A stretch of DNA of 64,000 bases, taken from positions 52,886,001-52,950,000 of the forward strand of contig NW_026262690.1 of assembly GCF_021869535.1 (NCBI RefSeq), in the 5' to 3' direction. The position numbers and the translations under genes are program-made. The stretch comes from Mytilus californianus. Taxonomy: Eukaryota. The first letter of the stretch is position 1. Each line of letters begins with the position of its first letter. This document shows, piece by piece, positions 1-11,934 of the stretch. The notes under the pieces were generated by a model. It was not told where the DNA came from, searched no databases, and saw only the letters and a list, made by a program, of their open reading frames with translations.

Positions 1-95
1 AAACTTGCGTTTGATAACACGATACAGCTATTCCATAAAGATTTCTTTAAAATATCAATACTTAAATGTTTAGACATAATATAGGCAACATTATA

Positions 96-239
96 CATTT
101 ATTTCCCGTGCCAGAGGGAGATATGAAGATTTGTTCACCCAAGAATATTCATATTTCACGAGGGCTCTGCCCGAGGGAAATATGATTTTTCGAGGGTGAG
201 CAAATCTTCATATCTCCCGAGGCAAAGGGAAATGAATGT
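96..239. repeat. Long imperfect palindrome (~144 bp hairpin)
   Basis: Arms ACATTTATTTCCCGTGCC..GGGAGATATGAAGATTTGTTCACCC (96-140) and GGGTGAGCAAATCTTCATATCTCCC..GGCAAAGGGAAATGAATGT (194-239) are reverse complements, with an inner ATATTTC/GAAATAT pair. A partial arm copy occurs near 550-567. Confidence 0.85.
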
Positions 240-619
240 TTTATTCCACTGCCTATGCTTTGTTTACTATCAATACATTAAATATTATTTTGCATACATT
301 TTTTTTCTTATCCGCTTGTTTTTGTAAGTCAAACTAAACACGACATACCCATTGATAAACAGTAAGGATCAAAATCTAATTATTAGTCTTTTTGTTTTAT
401 CGTCTGAAATAAATTTGAACATGATAATGATTTTTGCTATCGCTATTTTAAGAAGAATAAGAAGTTCAAAACGTTATGTACATTAACCGCGCGTAAAGTC
501 GCACGAAGTAATCCCGACATTTCAGAGGGGAATATGATCCTCAGAATGGAATATGAAGATTTGTTCAATGACACGTGGGATAGTCTCAACCAATCAAATA
601 TTGATAAACTATCAATATG

Positions 620-1490
620 TTTAAACAGTGGAATAATACCAATTACATATGACATTGATACTATTTGTCCCACCAAAGAGGCAACCAACCTAGCGTGAAC
701 TTTCCGGTATTTTAATGTGTAATATTCAATGTCATCAATAGTTTTTAAAACCTTTTGAACTCTGTCATCCGGTATTTTTACTATTCCCTGGTAGTTGTCA
801 ATTTAATAACCCGAGAATACCAAATTTTTCATAGATGAACACTTAGATTTTTCATTTTTGGGAACAAACCACTCATAATTAAATCTTGTCTCACCTGTTC
901 AGAAACAGTTTTACAAATATCTTCGTCTGTGTGAGTACTGTAAAAAGAAATTTTGTAACCGTTCAAAATGGTGTCCAAAATAAAATCATAACATCCTATA
1001 CTCTTCCAAAATGGACAGTGTTTTTTTAGCCTGTCCTTTACAATAATGTTTGCCTGACCTTGTTCATACTCGTAATAATCATTGGTGAGATTATCAGATT
1101 CATTAATCGAAAAACCTGACGCAGTATTATCAGGTAAAAAATTCAAACTATACTCATCTTTTATGAAATCTGTCTTATTTTGGTTTCGATATGGTGCCAG
1201 GTCTTTGGTTGAAAGGACATTGGCTTCTCCAGTGCTGGAATGATCCACACCCATAACAAGCTCCTTATTGATTTCTTAGCTGATTACCGCTCGTGCTGGC
1301 TTGAGCACGGTACTTTGAGCTTGTCCGTTGTACCATGACTGGGAGTCACGAAAGGGCTGATTTTTTTCTGGAAAAGTAGCATTAAATTGAGAAGGAGCAC
1401 TCGATACATAATTATTGTTAGGCTTAGCAGCAACCTTTTTTTTCACTTTTGAATTGCGTTTACGTAACGCCCTGTTTTCTGCTTTATTAA
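620..1490 (-). mobile_element. DIRS/Ngaro-like tyrosine-recombinase retrotransposon relic, 3' part (gag C-terminus with CCHC knuckle overlapping a deleted RT ORF)
   Basis: Minus strand gives NKAENRALRKR, then the zinc knuckle CYGCGSFQHWRSQC (1217-1258, CX2CX4HX4C). An overlapping frame gives VKDRLKKHCPFWKSIG..FILDTILNGYKISF and RT thumb-like remnants (SEQVRQDLIMSGLFP; IVKIPDDRVQKV..ARLVASLVGQIVSMSYVIG). The RT catalytic core is missing. Confidence 0.75.
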
Positions 1491-2229
1491 CCGGATTTTC
1501 GAAGGAAATATCGGTTATTAAAATGGGGATGTACGGCGGGCGGCTGGGCGGGCTGACGGGCGGCTGCCAAACAGTGTCAGCACAATAACATGAAAACGCT
1601 TTAACAAATTTTTTTCAAATTTAAATATGTTGTTTCCTGGGACTTAATGAAGGTCTAGTTCAATTTTCAAGATTTTAGTATATCTCATTTGTGAGTTATC
1701 GCCATTTTTAATATCCAAAAGTGGAATTTTTAAATATTTTACTCTTGTTATCATGTTATGATTTGTCTTATCTCACAATAAAAATTGGAGTGACAGATTT
1801 ATTTGAAAATTATCTATTTCCTAAGTGGTAATGATTATAAGCTATATCATTAGACATTTTGAAGATTATTACATTATGAATTATTATATATGTAATGTTA
1901 GAGTACTATGTTAAACCATAGTTCTGTTCAATTAGATCTGGGAAATATTTTAGCATATGATAATGATTTATTTTCATTATTAATAAGTTGTGGGAAATAT
2001 CTTAGCATATGATAATCATTGGAGTGACAGATTTATTTGAAAATTTTCTGTTTCCTGATAAGATCTGTAGGACTGTATATATAAAGTTTAAAATTTACTA
2101 GAAGGGCTGTATAAATGAAGTTTGAAATTTACTTTCATTATTAGACATTTTTTAGATAACTAAGTCTTCCTAAATCATGTATATTCTTACCCCCCCCCCC
2201 CTCTCAATTTGAGAATTGAGAATGTGCTT

Positions 2230-3125
2230 TTATCTTGTAAACGGTCGAGATCCCCACCCCTAAACCATATATATTCTTGCATGGGAAAATAAAACAAATC
2301 AAATGAAATAAAAGACGAGTCCCCTGGGGTCACCCCCACCCCCTTCTGTCTGAGAACTTGTAAACGGTCGAGATCCCCACCCCTAAAACATATATATTCT
2401 TGTATGGGACAATAAAACAAATCAAATGAAATAAAAGGCGAGTCCCCTGGGGTCAACCCCACCCACTCCTGTTTAAGAACTTGTAAACGGTCGAGATCCC
2501 CACCCCTAAACCATATATATTCTTGTATGGGAAAATAAAACAAATCACATGAAATATAGGGGAAGTCCATGAGGGTAACCCCCACCCCCCCCCCCCTTCT
2601 TTTTGATAACTTGTTAACGGTCAAGATCCCCACCCTGAAACCATATATATTCTTGTATGGGACAATAAAACAAATCAAATGAAATTTAGGGGAAGTCCAT
2701 GGGGGTAACCCCCATCCCCTTCTTTTTGAAAACTTGTAAACGGTAGAGATCCCCACCCCTAAACCGTATAAATTTTTGTATGGGACAATAAAACAAATCA
2801 AATGAAATTTAGGGGAAGTTCCCTGGGGAAACCCCCACCCCACTTCTTTTTGATAACTTGTAAACGGTCAAGATCCCCACCCCGAAACCAATTATATTCT
2901 TGTATGGGACAATGAAACAAATCAAATGAAATAAAAGGCGAGTACCCTGGGGTCACCCCATCCCCTCCTGTTTAAGAACTTGTAAACGGTCGCGATCCCC
3001 ACCCCTAAACCATATATTTTCTTGTATGGGACAAAAAAAACAAATCATATGAAATTTAGGGGGAGTCCACTGGGGATCACCCCCCCCCCCCTTTTGAGAA
3101 CTTGTAAACGGTCGAGATCTCCACC
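2230..3125. repeat. Tandem satellite array, ~120-130 bp monomer, ~7.5 copies, inside the HINE element
   Basis: Repeated AACTTGTAAACGGTCGAGATCCCCACCCCTAAACCATATATATTCTTGTATGGGA..., with monomers starting near 2235, 2355, 2478, 2608, 2729, 2855, 2976 and 3097. Confidence 0.9.
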
Positions 3126-3301
3126 AAAAAAAATAGGCAGAACAAGAGTTTTGAGTAAAAAAAAAAGGCAGGATGACAATTTATGTAAAAAAAAGTCAGG
3201 ATAAACTAAAAAAAAAAGGCAGGACCGAATAGAGTGAAAAATAAAAAGGCAGGACAGGGACTACAACTAAAAAAAATGCAGGACAATATTTTTCATCCTA
3301 G

Positions 3302-3341
<40 letters not shown>

Positions 3342-3365
3342 ATAAAAATCAAATGGCAGCTCCCT
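3123..3365. repeat. Short repeat fragment with a poly-C tract nested in the satellite
   Basis: AAAAAAGGCAGGAC subrepeats, a ~40-nt C run (3302-3341) and AAAATCAAATGGCAGCTCCCT; the satellite monomer (AACCATATATATTC) resumes afterwards. Confidence 0.55.
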
Positions 3366-4670
3366 AAACAACCATATATATTCCTGTTCGTCATTTCAAG
3401 AAGATTTGAATGACATACAGGGTCAATCCATAGGCGTCACTTATGCATATCACAAACCAATTTGTACTGGACTTTGGCCAATGTCAGGTGACCATGGGAA
3501 TGACGAATTATTGGAGCTTTGTTTGGGAGACTTCGTAACAGCATCCTGTTACAATTATTTCTTGTTACTGATAAGTTTTATAGATTTTGAAAAGACATTG
3601 TATTAATGATAAATGAGATTTTGGATTTTTTTCTTCTTTTCTTTGGTAAATTGTTTGAAGAATTTTTGTTTATTAATAAATATATATTTAGATTTCTGAT
3701 GTTGGGCCCAGTTTTCAAGTTGGTCCAAATCGGGGTCCAAAATTAAACTGTGTTTGATTTCAAAATAAATTGAATAAATATAGGGTTCTTTGAAATGCTT
3801 AATCTAAACCTGTATTTCTTTTCATTATTAATAAGATAATACCACATTGAGGTCCAAAGGGTCCTAAATTAAACTTTTGTTTAATTTTATCAAAAAATTG
3901 AATTCTTTGGTTCTTTGATATACTGATTCTAACAATGTTTGAGTGTTAAATCATATCTAATTTTAGAGAACTTAGTCATCACTGGTTGTTGTTATTATAT
4001 TATTGATTATAATTTGAAAAATTGCATCATATCTTATTTTAGAAAAAATTTATCCAGTTTGAGTTATTTCCCTTTGCACAGAAAATAGTATTGATAAAAT
4101 TAACCTGTGTTTCATTTCAACATAAATTAAATATATATAGGGTTCTTTCAAATGCTGAATCTAAACTTGACTTTTGTATTTAAATATTAGATCTTTGGGC
4201 CCAGTTTTCAAGTTGGTCCAAATCAGGGTCCAAAATTAAACTTTGTTTGATTCAACGAAAATTGAATTTATGGGGTTCTTTGAAATGCTGAATCTAACCA
4301 TGTAGTGAGAAATTTTTGATTGTAGGCTCCTTTATCAAATTGGTCCACATTGAGGTCCAAAGGGTCCTAAATTAAACTTTTGTCTGATTTCATCAAAAAT
4401 TGAATTGTTGGGTTTTTGATATGCTGATTCTAATATGTACTTAGATTTTGGATATTGGACCATAATAGGTAAATGTCCAATTTCAAACATTTCAGTTCTT
4501 TGACCACATTCATTTTGTGTCACAAACCTATGCTGTGTCAAATATTCAATCACAATCCAAATTCAGAGCTGTTTTAAGCTTAAATGTAGTGTCCATACTT
4601 GCTCATCTGTTCAGGGTTCGACCTCTGCAGGAAAATCCGGTTTGCTGTCACTCTGACAGCCTCTTGTTAA

Positions 4671-5230
4671 TTTTGCTCTCGTCGTCAGAGTCTCTTGCTA
4701 CTTGATAAGTTTCATATTGTCGAGCAGTATCCCATCCCCCTTCGCTTCTATCAGCGATTTTGACTAGTTTGTTTCGCCTTTTGGTCTTGTCAATAACTTC
4801 CTTGATAGTATCTCGTGCGTAATCAACTTTTGAGTTATCAATTGCCCAAATGAATTGTGTGAGGTCTTCTAAAAATTCAGTGTTAAGAAGAAATTGAACC
4901 TTATTCCCCTCGTATTTCCAATTATACTGGGATTCAGTTTTTAACTGTTTAACAGAAACGGTAGCCTCGTGAAATTCTTGTTTTAAATCGGAAATGTCTT
5001 TCCTTAAACTAGCGTCAATTCACTTTGCGTTTTAACAGCTCGCATAACATCTCTAAGCAAAACATCATGGTAATGAATATCTAATTCCTCATTTTCAGCC
5101 ATTACAAAGAAATATTTGAACCGATCGCTTTGGCGCTGTCGTGCTGAATGACCGAAACCCCCGTTTCGGCGGGAAAACTGACCGCACGATAGGTACGACA
5201 CCTATACATCACGAAACAGACAAGAGAAAA
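4671..5230 (-). mobile_element. DIRS/Ngaro-like retrotransposon relic, 5' part (gag-like ORF1, frameshifted)
   Basis: ATG at 5102 (MAENEELDIHY..), a frameshift near 5010, then WKYEGNKVQFLLN..RRNKLVKIADRSEGGWDTARQYE..DSDDESKIN, a motif set typical of ORF1 of invertebrate DIRS-order elements. It joins 620-1490 once the HINE is removed. Confidence 0.75.
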
Positions 5231-5468
5231 TAATTTCACTATAATTCACTACGTTGAACCGTATAAAATTATATTAATAATGAGTAATAAGACACATATA
5301 TTTGATTTTATATATTATTTTATGCAATCATAACGAAGTAAACATGTCCGTCAGTCATGGTTTCCTTACCTTGACCTCTTTTGACCTTCTCTTGAAACAC
5401 GAAAAGAGGCCAAGGTCAGAGAAATCCTGCTTAATGGAAATGTTTACTTTGCAATTATTACTTATTTC

Positions 5469-5516
5469 GAGCGCCACTGATGAGTCTTTTGTAGACGAAA
5501 CGCGCGTCTGTCATAC
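5469..5516 (+). ncRNA. Minimal type I hammerhead ribozyme motif (3' strand of stem I degenerate)
   Basis: GAGCGCCA-CTGATGA-GTCT-TTTGT-AGAC-GAAA-CGCGCG-TC: both conserved core boxes, a perfect stem II, a palindromic minimal stem III, and a predicted cleavage site after C5508. The downstream TGTCAT pairs poorly with stem I. Confidence 0.8.
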
Positions 5517-5683
5517 CGATATACAAACCTCATATATTTGATGAGTTTCTACAGCAGTTGTAATTTCATCCTGTTGACAGTAACCTCGTGTACGCATTTT
5601 TTTCGACGCATTTTACATACATGTACATCCTGTACACTTATAGACTGATTTCACAAACATCTAACTAGCTGTAGGTATAAAAG

Positions 5684-5684
<1 letters not shown>

Positions 5685-5715
<31 letters not shown>
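5685..5715. repeat. (TA)n microsatellite
   Basis: About 15 consecutive TA units. Confidence 0.95.
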
Positions 5716-5717
<2 letters not shown>

Positions 5718-5949
5718 TTTTGTCCATTCATTCATCATCATACATTTATTCATTCGAGTCACGTCTCAGTCATTACAACTGAACGGACGTGCAGGGTCAG
5801 CTCTCCTTTACCCACTATCTTCGATGAGGGTTTACTGTTAGATGAATCAACGACTTACTACTTTCGATGACAGAAACCAATCCAACGCTGTACAGACTAC
5901 GATAGGCTATAATCCACGTAGGGCGAATTCCCGCGTCAACATACACTCC

Positions 5950-6042
5950 AAATAAAATTGAGAATGGAAATGGGGAATGTGTCAAAGAGACAACATCCCG
6001 ACCATAGAGCAGACAACAGCCGAAGGCCACCAATGGGTCTTA
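5950..6042 (-). mobile_element. Solo 3'-terminal fragment of the Naiad-type Penelope-like element
   Basis: ATAAAATTGAGAATGGAAATGGGGAATGTGTCAAAGAGACAAC..CCCGACCATAGAGCAGAC matches the element terminus at 22291-22380. Confidence 0.8.
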
Positions 6043-8176
6043 AAACCCATTATGGATGGGGGAGTGGTATGCCGACTGATGTCCGAGGGCTGTATCCTAG
6101 GTGTTAGATGATGGACCGCCATTTCACTGTCTCACGACTTTGGTCCTGATAATGCTTCCTGTCATCGTTATTACTATGTCTGAGACTCATCGACCAGTAC
6201 TCCATCATCGTGGTTAGCGGGCTGCCAAGCTAACCAACCTGGCCCTGAAAGCAGCCGTTGTGAAGTAAACAACAAAATAGTCAACAAACCAAACCAAAAC
6301 AACTCACCAAATCCAAGATGGCCGCCTACCAAAATGGCGAATTCCAACTGTTCCTGTCCAATGCTGTCCGACTGCAAAAATATTTAAACGCTCACCAAAA
6401 CGCCTTCGGGCACCGAGCCGACCGTGCGAGGGCTGAACAGCCAGTCAAGGTCGTTAAACACTTCCAGTAGTAGTATCATTTTGTCGATATTCAGATGCAG
6501 TTCAACGAGTTCTAAATAAAAATTTCAAATTTCGTGAAATACCGTCCAATTACGATATATACTTCGCCTTAAAATATAGCCTAATTTCTTTTAAAATAAC
6601 AAATAAATAAATTGTCTCAAAAATATTGATTGATGTCGGCTTGGTGTCTAAAGTCCAGTAGCAAATATATCAAGCATATCGAGAACATGTTGAAGTAGAG
6701 ATCGACAAGGTCACAGAGCCAGATTTTTAAGGTGTAAGTTTACATGGTATCATTACCTTAGTTTGGTCCGTGTGGGGAACGAACCCACAACCACTCGCAT
6801 TCGAAGAGAGCAGACTATCACGAGAATGTGCATTAACAAATTTGGTCTTTATATACGAGTCACTTAACTTTATAGGTATTGCGACGTATGGTAGTTCATA
6901 ATAATGTCCCTCCTTTCCAACAGAAGCCGACTCAAGGTCGTTTTATATCTTGTCCCTGTTTTGAAGCCAGCCCAATGTCTGAAATTCCTTATGACCTAGG
7001 CTGGCAAGAAATATACTAGTAGCTGTAAACGAACGGTCTCCATAGCAATAAAAGAAGCATGTTGATTGGTGAACCAATGATGAGCACAGCAACACTAATA
7101 TCATATGAATGAAACAGGAAAATAAAATAAAGAACCACTCCGAATTGATGATTATCGATCTTCCAGTAAAATGTAAATCTTTTTTACATGTCATTGTTAA
7201 AACGGCGGAAACAGAGATGAATAAATATATATGCACAATTAAAAAAGGGCGTGAGGTTAATACTTTAAATCTAATGGCCCATCTTCATCTAAAGAAAACA
7301 AAACGTAATGAATTCTTCATTTAAACCCAGATGCCTGCTTGAATACCATAAAAAAATCTACATAACGAATTAATTTTCTTGTTTCGGTATTCGGTTGCCA
7401 ATTGTCTGGATACCACATGAGATTTTCGAGGAAAAACAATATAATCATTATGAGTGAACAGAGATGTGAGGTATACGTCCATAAAACAGCAATACAACGA
7501 CACAAATACACGTATGTCAGTATACGTTCCTAAACAATAACAGCTCTAAATCGCTCTAATCTAAAACCAGTGCAAACAATTTGACAAAGACTATATAAAA
7601 GATGCTATGAAAGATCTGCAATGAACACCAAATTCCCTAAATGAAAAAAAAGTGATACAAATAAAGAGAGCAACGAACAAGGTTCCTAGCGTTGATCACT
7701 GAATTTATATGCTCATGACGGGTGTTGTATGCATGACAGGAGACGCTTACCCTATCGACGCACCCTGTCTAGCTACTTTTCGAAATCATGCGATTCCCTC
7801 AGTTTTAGTTTGTTTCCTTGATTTTTTATCTTGAGCAATTTGTGAGAGTTAAACATCAGTAATCCATTGTTGCCTATACTTATACGATACATTTGTAAAT
7901 AAGGTTATTAAAGGGTTATTCCATGAATATTGCTGAGTATTGTTCATAACAGAATATCTGATGCATCAGTTGTGACACTTCGAAAACAAAGCATTACATG
8001 TATGCTTATTGTACAACTATGTTTTAAGTTGACAATTCTACAACCATTTCCTAACACGATAGACTGATCTTAAGATTCGACAAGATATATACAAACTAAC
8101 ACAACTAAAAAATCAAATATAATATATAAACAAAAAACGAACCCTCAATAACATTTATTTTGTTATCTAATACTCA

Positions 8177-8622
8177 TTATATTTTCCATCCAGCAAATGT
8201 TGATCTTCCATAAGCATCGCTCCATATGTCGCCAACATGCTTGTCCATTTTGATACGCACGTAGATATCATCACCATTGTTCGCATGAACTACAACAATT
8301 CCTGTGTTGTGTTGGTCGTCGTCATTATGTGAATATGAATACATTGACGAATAAACATCGCTGTTAACTACAAGTTCAGTGGAATGTCTTTCGGTTATTC
8401 TTGTCCGTAAACTCCAAGCCATGACGTAAATACCCGAAGTTGGTGGATTAAAAACTCCAGTGTGTAGATGGTAGGCGTTTCCAACATTAAGCTTTAAAAC
8501 ATCAAATTTTAAAATATGTTGTCCACTTGGGTTTTTCAAGGGTTGTGACATGTAGGCGAAAAATGCTACTTCGGAAATTGTAGTCGCTGGTGTCAGTGTA
8601 GACAGTGGTAATAAGAGTCGTT
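8177..8622 (-). CDS. C1q domain-containing secreted protein, exon 2 (globular C1q domain)
   Basis: Acceptor ctttttag at 8623-8630, phase 1. ERLLL..VAFFAYMSQ..HILKFDVLKLNVGNAYHLHTGVFNPPTSGIYVMAW..GDDIYVRI..RSTFAGWKI* carries the C1q F..V..N.G..Y....G.F..P..G.Y and STFAGW hallmarks. AATAAA lies at 8154-8159. Confidence 0.9.
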
Positions 8623-9044
8623 CTAAAAAGAAAGCGTTTAATTAGTACGTTTTGTAATGTCACCAGATACAAATGTATTGTGGTTGATTTACGGACTGAT
8701 AAAATAATACCCTGTCATCAATGGCATAAATTATAACAAGAATGTCATCAGTTATCAGCCCGCACATTTAATGAGCAAATATTTTATAAAAAGATGAAAT
8801 ACAATTAGCAAAAATACAATTTTAAGAAATTTTGCCATTCCTAATTCCTTGTCAGCTAACAGCATTGTATCGGACAAAATGTAATGATATACTAAAAAGA
8901 GACGATAAGGACCCCGATTGAATCGGTTTAAGTTTATAGTTATCATATAATTAGTTAAAAGTGTCTTTGAAGTGTATGTTGTACGTTTCACGTCAGAGTA
9001 TCTGTAACGTTTTATTCCTTTTTTTAAATTATGATTGAGGTTAA

Positions 9045-9255
9045 AGGTGCGTTTACACGGCACGATTTTCCTTTTGATTTTCCTTCAAAGTTTCCTATGT
9101 ACCTGCTTTTGACTAAAATCACACCGTGTGGACACTAAAATCGGACGTATATGGCTAATCGAATGGAAAATCGTGACGTGTGAAAAGAATGCTGTACAAT
9201 TTACCTGGACATCGGTATCAAATCGGATGGAAAATGGTACCGTGTAAACGAACCT
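9045..9255. mobile_element. PIF/Harbinger-type MITE (211 bp) in the C1q gene intron
   Basis: 16-bp TIRs AGGTGCGTTTACACGG / CCGTGTAAACGAACCT (1 mismatch) flanked by a TAA target-site duplication (9042-9044, 9256-9258). Confidence 0.85.
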
Positions 9256-11934
9256 TAATATAATACAACAACAATAGCGACCTTCATGTTAAATACAAAC
9301 AGAATATGAAAGGGAAAACCACCATCTGTTGTCGTTAGAATAAATCATAAATATGCTTAATTTTACACTTAATTTGCACGGGCTACATGTAAAACTGTTA
9401 TCCTTTATTTTGTTCCTAGTTTATGTAATATATATATATATATTTGTTAAATCAACAAGAAACAAAAGAAATCCATAACAAAATGAATTAATTTATATTT
9501 AAAGACGACATATTACCTACGAAAGATGTTTGGTTTTGTTACAGAAGTGTAAATGTAAGGAAAGATTAAAAGATTTCTGAAAATGTTCCAATTATAAAAT
9601 AAAATTTAGGGGGAAATGGACATTGTAATGCGTGCAACCTGTTAAGCATAAAGAACCTGTTATTTGTGGTTATTTATACGTTGTTTGCAATAGTTGCATA
9701 TAAATCAAAAATATTTAGAGTTAAAAATAATGTTTTATGTTGTCATGACCTCAGCAACTGTTGTAATTGTGTAAGTGATGGCAGTAGAATTATGTAACAA
9801 ATAAGTGTTTCAGTGTTCCAGTGTTTTATTGTATGTTATATAATGCCGCTTAAACCCAAGAAGATGATATGCAGCATGATATTCAAACATAAGGTAAAGA
9901 TAAAACATTCTACATAATACCATCCCTAACGTGTGTACATGATTTTTTCTGAGACTATAAAATTGTAACAACTCCATATGCAATTTACAACGATTGTCGT
10001 GGTACTAGAGGTCTTCATTTGAATAGTCATTCCCTACGATCATTGTAAATACGGTAGGAATACAGAAAATTGATGATAAGGAAATAAGACAGGAAATACG
10101 TATCTTGTTGGGTGATTATTCGTGTATTTTTTGTTAATAATTTGTTCTGATCAAAACTCACCAAAGATGGCTTATACATTTGTACTCCAGACTCAAATAA
10201 GCGTTTACGGATACAGAAATGAAGTGCACGGAAATCTACATTCTCGACATGGAATTCCCCAAAAAATAAAATTTGAACTATACAGTACCTGGACCCTGGA
10301 GTTGGAAGGTCGGGTAATGGGACATCGTTTTTGAGTAGACCAAATCTGATCTAACAGTTAAAATATGTATACGAACAGATCTCTTTTGTTTTCTAAGACC
10401 TGACGTAGAATACATGTGTATTGGATATTCTGCTAAATATATCTTTTCGAGGCTAGTCGGCGTAAATTACGTGCAATACATTGATTTCAAATCCAGATGA
10501 AAAATATGCATCATGGTTTATTAACATCAATACGGCATCCTTCACAAAAAATCAATAGTTGAAAATATTTTGGAATTGAAGGGAAGGAATTTGTTTAACA
10601 TAAAAATAATGAACATGCAATAGTTGTTATACTACTTCTATATGGGTTAAACGAATTATTATAATATAATAGCATGGACTAAACAAAATATACTATAGAA
10701 TAAAAGCATAATACTGATTACGATGCGTACGACAAGTTTTTCAAAAATAGCCTTCATGAGGTTCGCTCAATGTAGTGAAAAAGTAGGGCAAATTTTCCCT
10801 GAAATTTTTTTTCACACAATAGGCCATGTTCAAATTGTTAAGAGATTTTGGCAACTTTTCGAGTGTACAATGTGTCAACAAATGTACAGAGAAGACATCC
10901 TTAAAGTCATTTGATACCTCAAATTTAAAAAATCAGTTGACTATATTGTATATACTTGAATGGCTAAGTTTTACTATAAAGTGTACGTGGACTTTTTTGT
11001 AAAAGAAAATCCTTTATCGGATCAAAATCTTCAGAAATGTACCGCTATGGAATTATTATCTTCCCGTACTCTAATTCATCGATATTTTGTTTAGTAAGCA
11101 GTGACCTTAACTTCAAGACCTCTCGATAGAACGCTAGTGCGAGGAAATAACCGTGTTGAAAGAATGAAAACAAACCCACACTGGAAGGTAAATAGTAATA
11201 ATTGATTCTTAAAGAACGAATAAAATACACCAAATCATTGAACAAATTGTTGATTGTTTTTCAATATTTTGCTAATCATCGGAACCCAACTCGAAAGTTA
11301 TTTAGCTTGCGATCAACTATCAACGAAATATTATTTGTCGATAATCCGTTATAGATTCGTAAAAAAAGTTTTTAAAAATGTGCATAGAGTACTTAGTTTA
11401 TTATATATGGCTCAATAATTTCCTTAACATTATAATTACAAGCAACTCGTTTCATATGACTTTAACCAATATCAAAAGTGTGTTGGAAGAAAATTTATGT
11501 ATTGTCTTTCGGATACAAATCAATTAATTTTGTAAGCGATGTCCTCAATTCAAAATTTAATAAAAACATGTAAAATGTGTATGAAAATGTCTCCAGCAGC
11601 AAATATAACACAGAATAACTTTTTGAATTTTTTTCATATTATGTAAATTTGTGAAACACTATTTTAAGAATATGAGATAGACTCTAATAATCAATAGGAT
11701 TTGATAACCTTTAGATTTTGACCTTGTGAATGAAAGAAATACATGGGGAAATTGGCTATATCTTTTAAAAATCCAGAACATAACTGTTGCACTATTGGAA
11801 TTCATGTCATTCTTTACACAAAGTTATTATTTCGACATGCTTGATTTGTTTTGAAATTTAACGACATGACTGTACACAAATACTCTATTCATAATTGCAG
11901 TCTTTTATCAGTGCAGTATATGAAAACTTATTAC

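Larger units (their letters stand above)
1491..4670 (+). mobile_element. Non-autonomous Helentron/DINE-1-like (HINE) element, ~3.18 kb
   Basis: Subterminal inverted repeat CCGGATTTTC (1491-1500) / GAAAATCCGG (4631-4640); 3' stem-loop GCTGTCA-CTC-TGACAGC (4644-4660); GGCG microsatellite near the 5' end; internal tandem repeats; TTAA at both junctions (1487-1490, 4667-4670). Removing it restores the host gag frame ESKINKAENRAL. Confidence 0.8.

Noticed and set aside
2187-2843. 218-aa ORF in the ORF track
   Set aside because: It is a translation of the ~125-bp satellite on the minus strand; the peptide repeats mirror the DNA monomer.
3302-3341. 40-nt poly-C tract as a functional G-quadruplex/i-motif element
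   Set aside because: It lies within a common repeat fragment, and homopolymer length is unreliable in assemblies.
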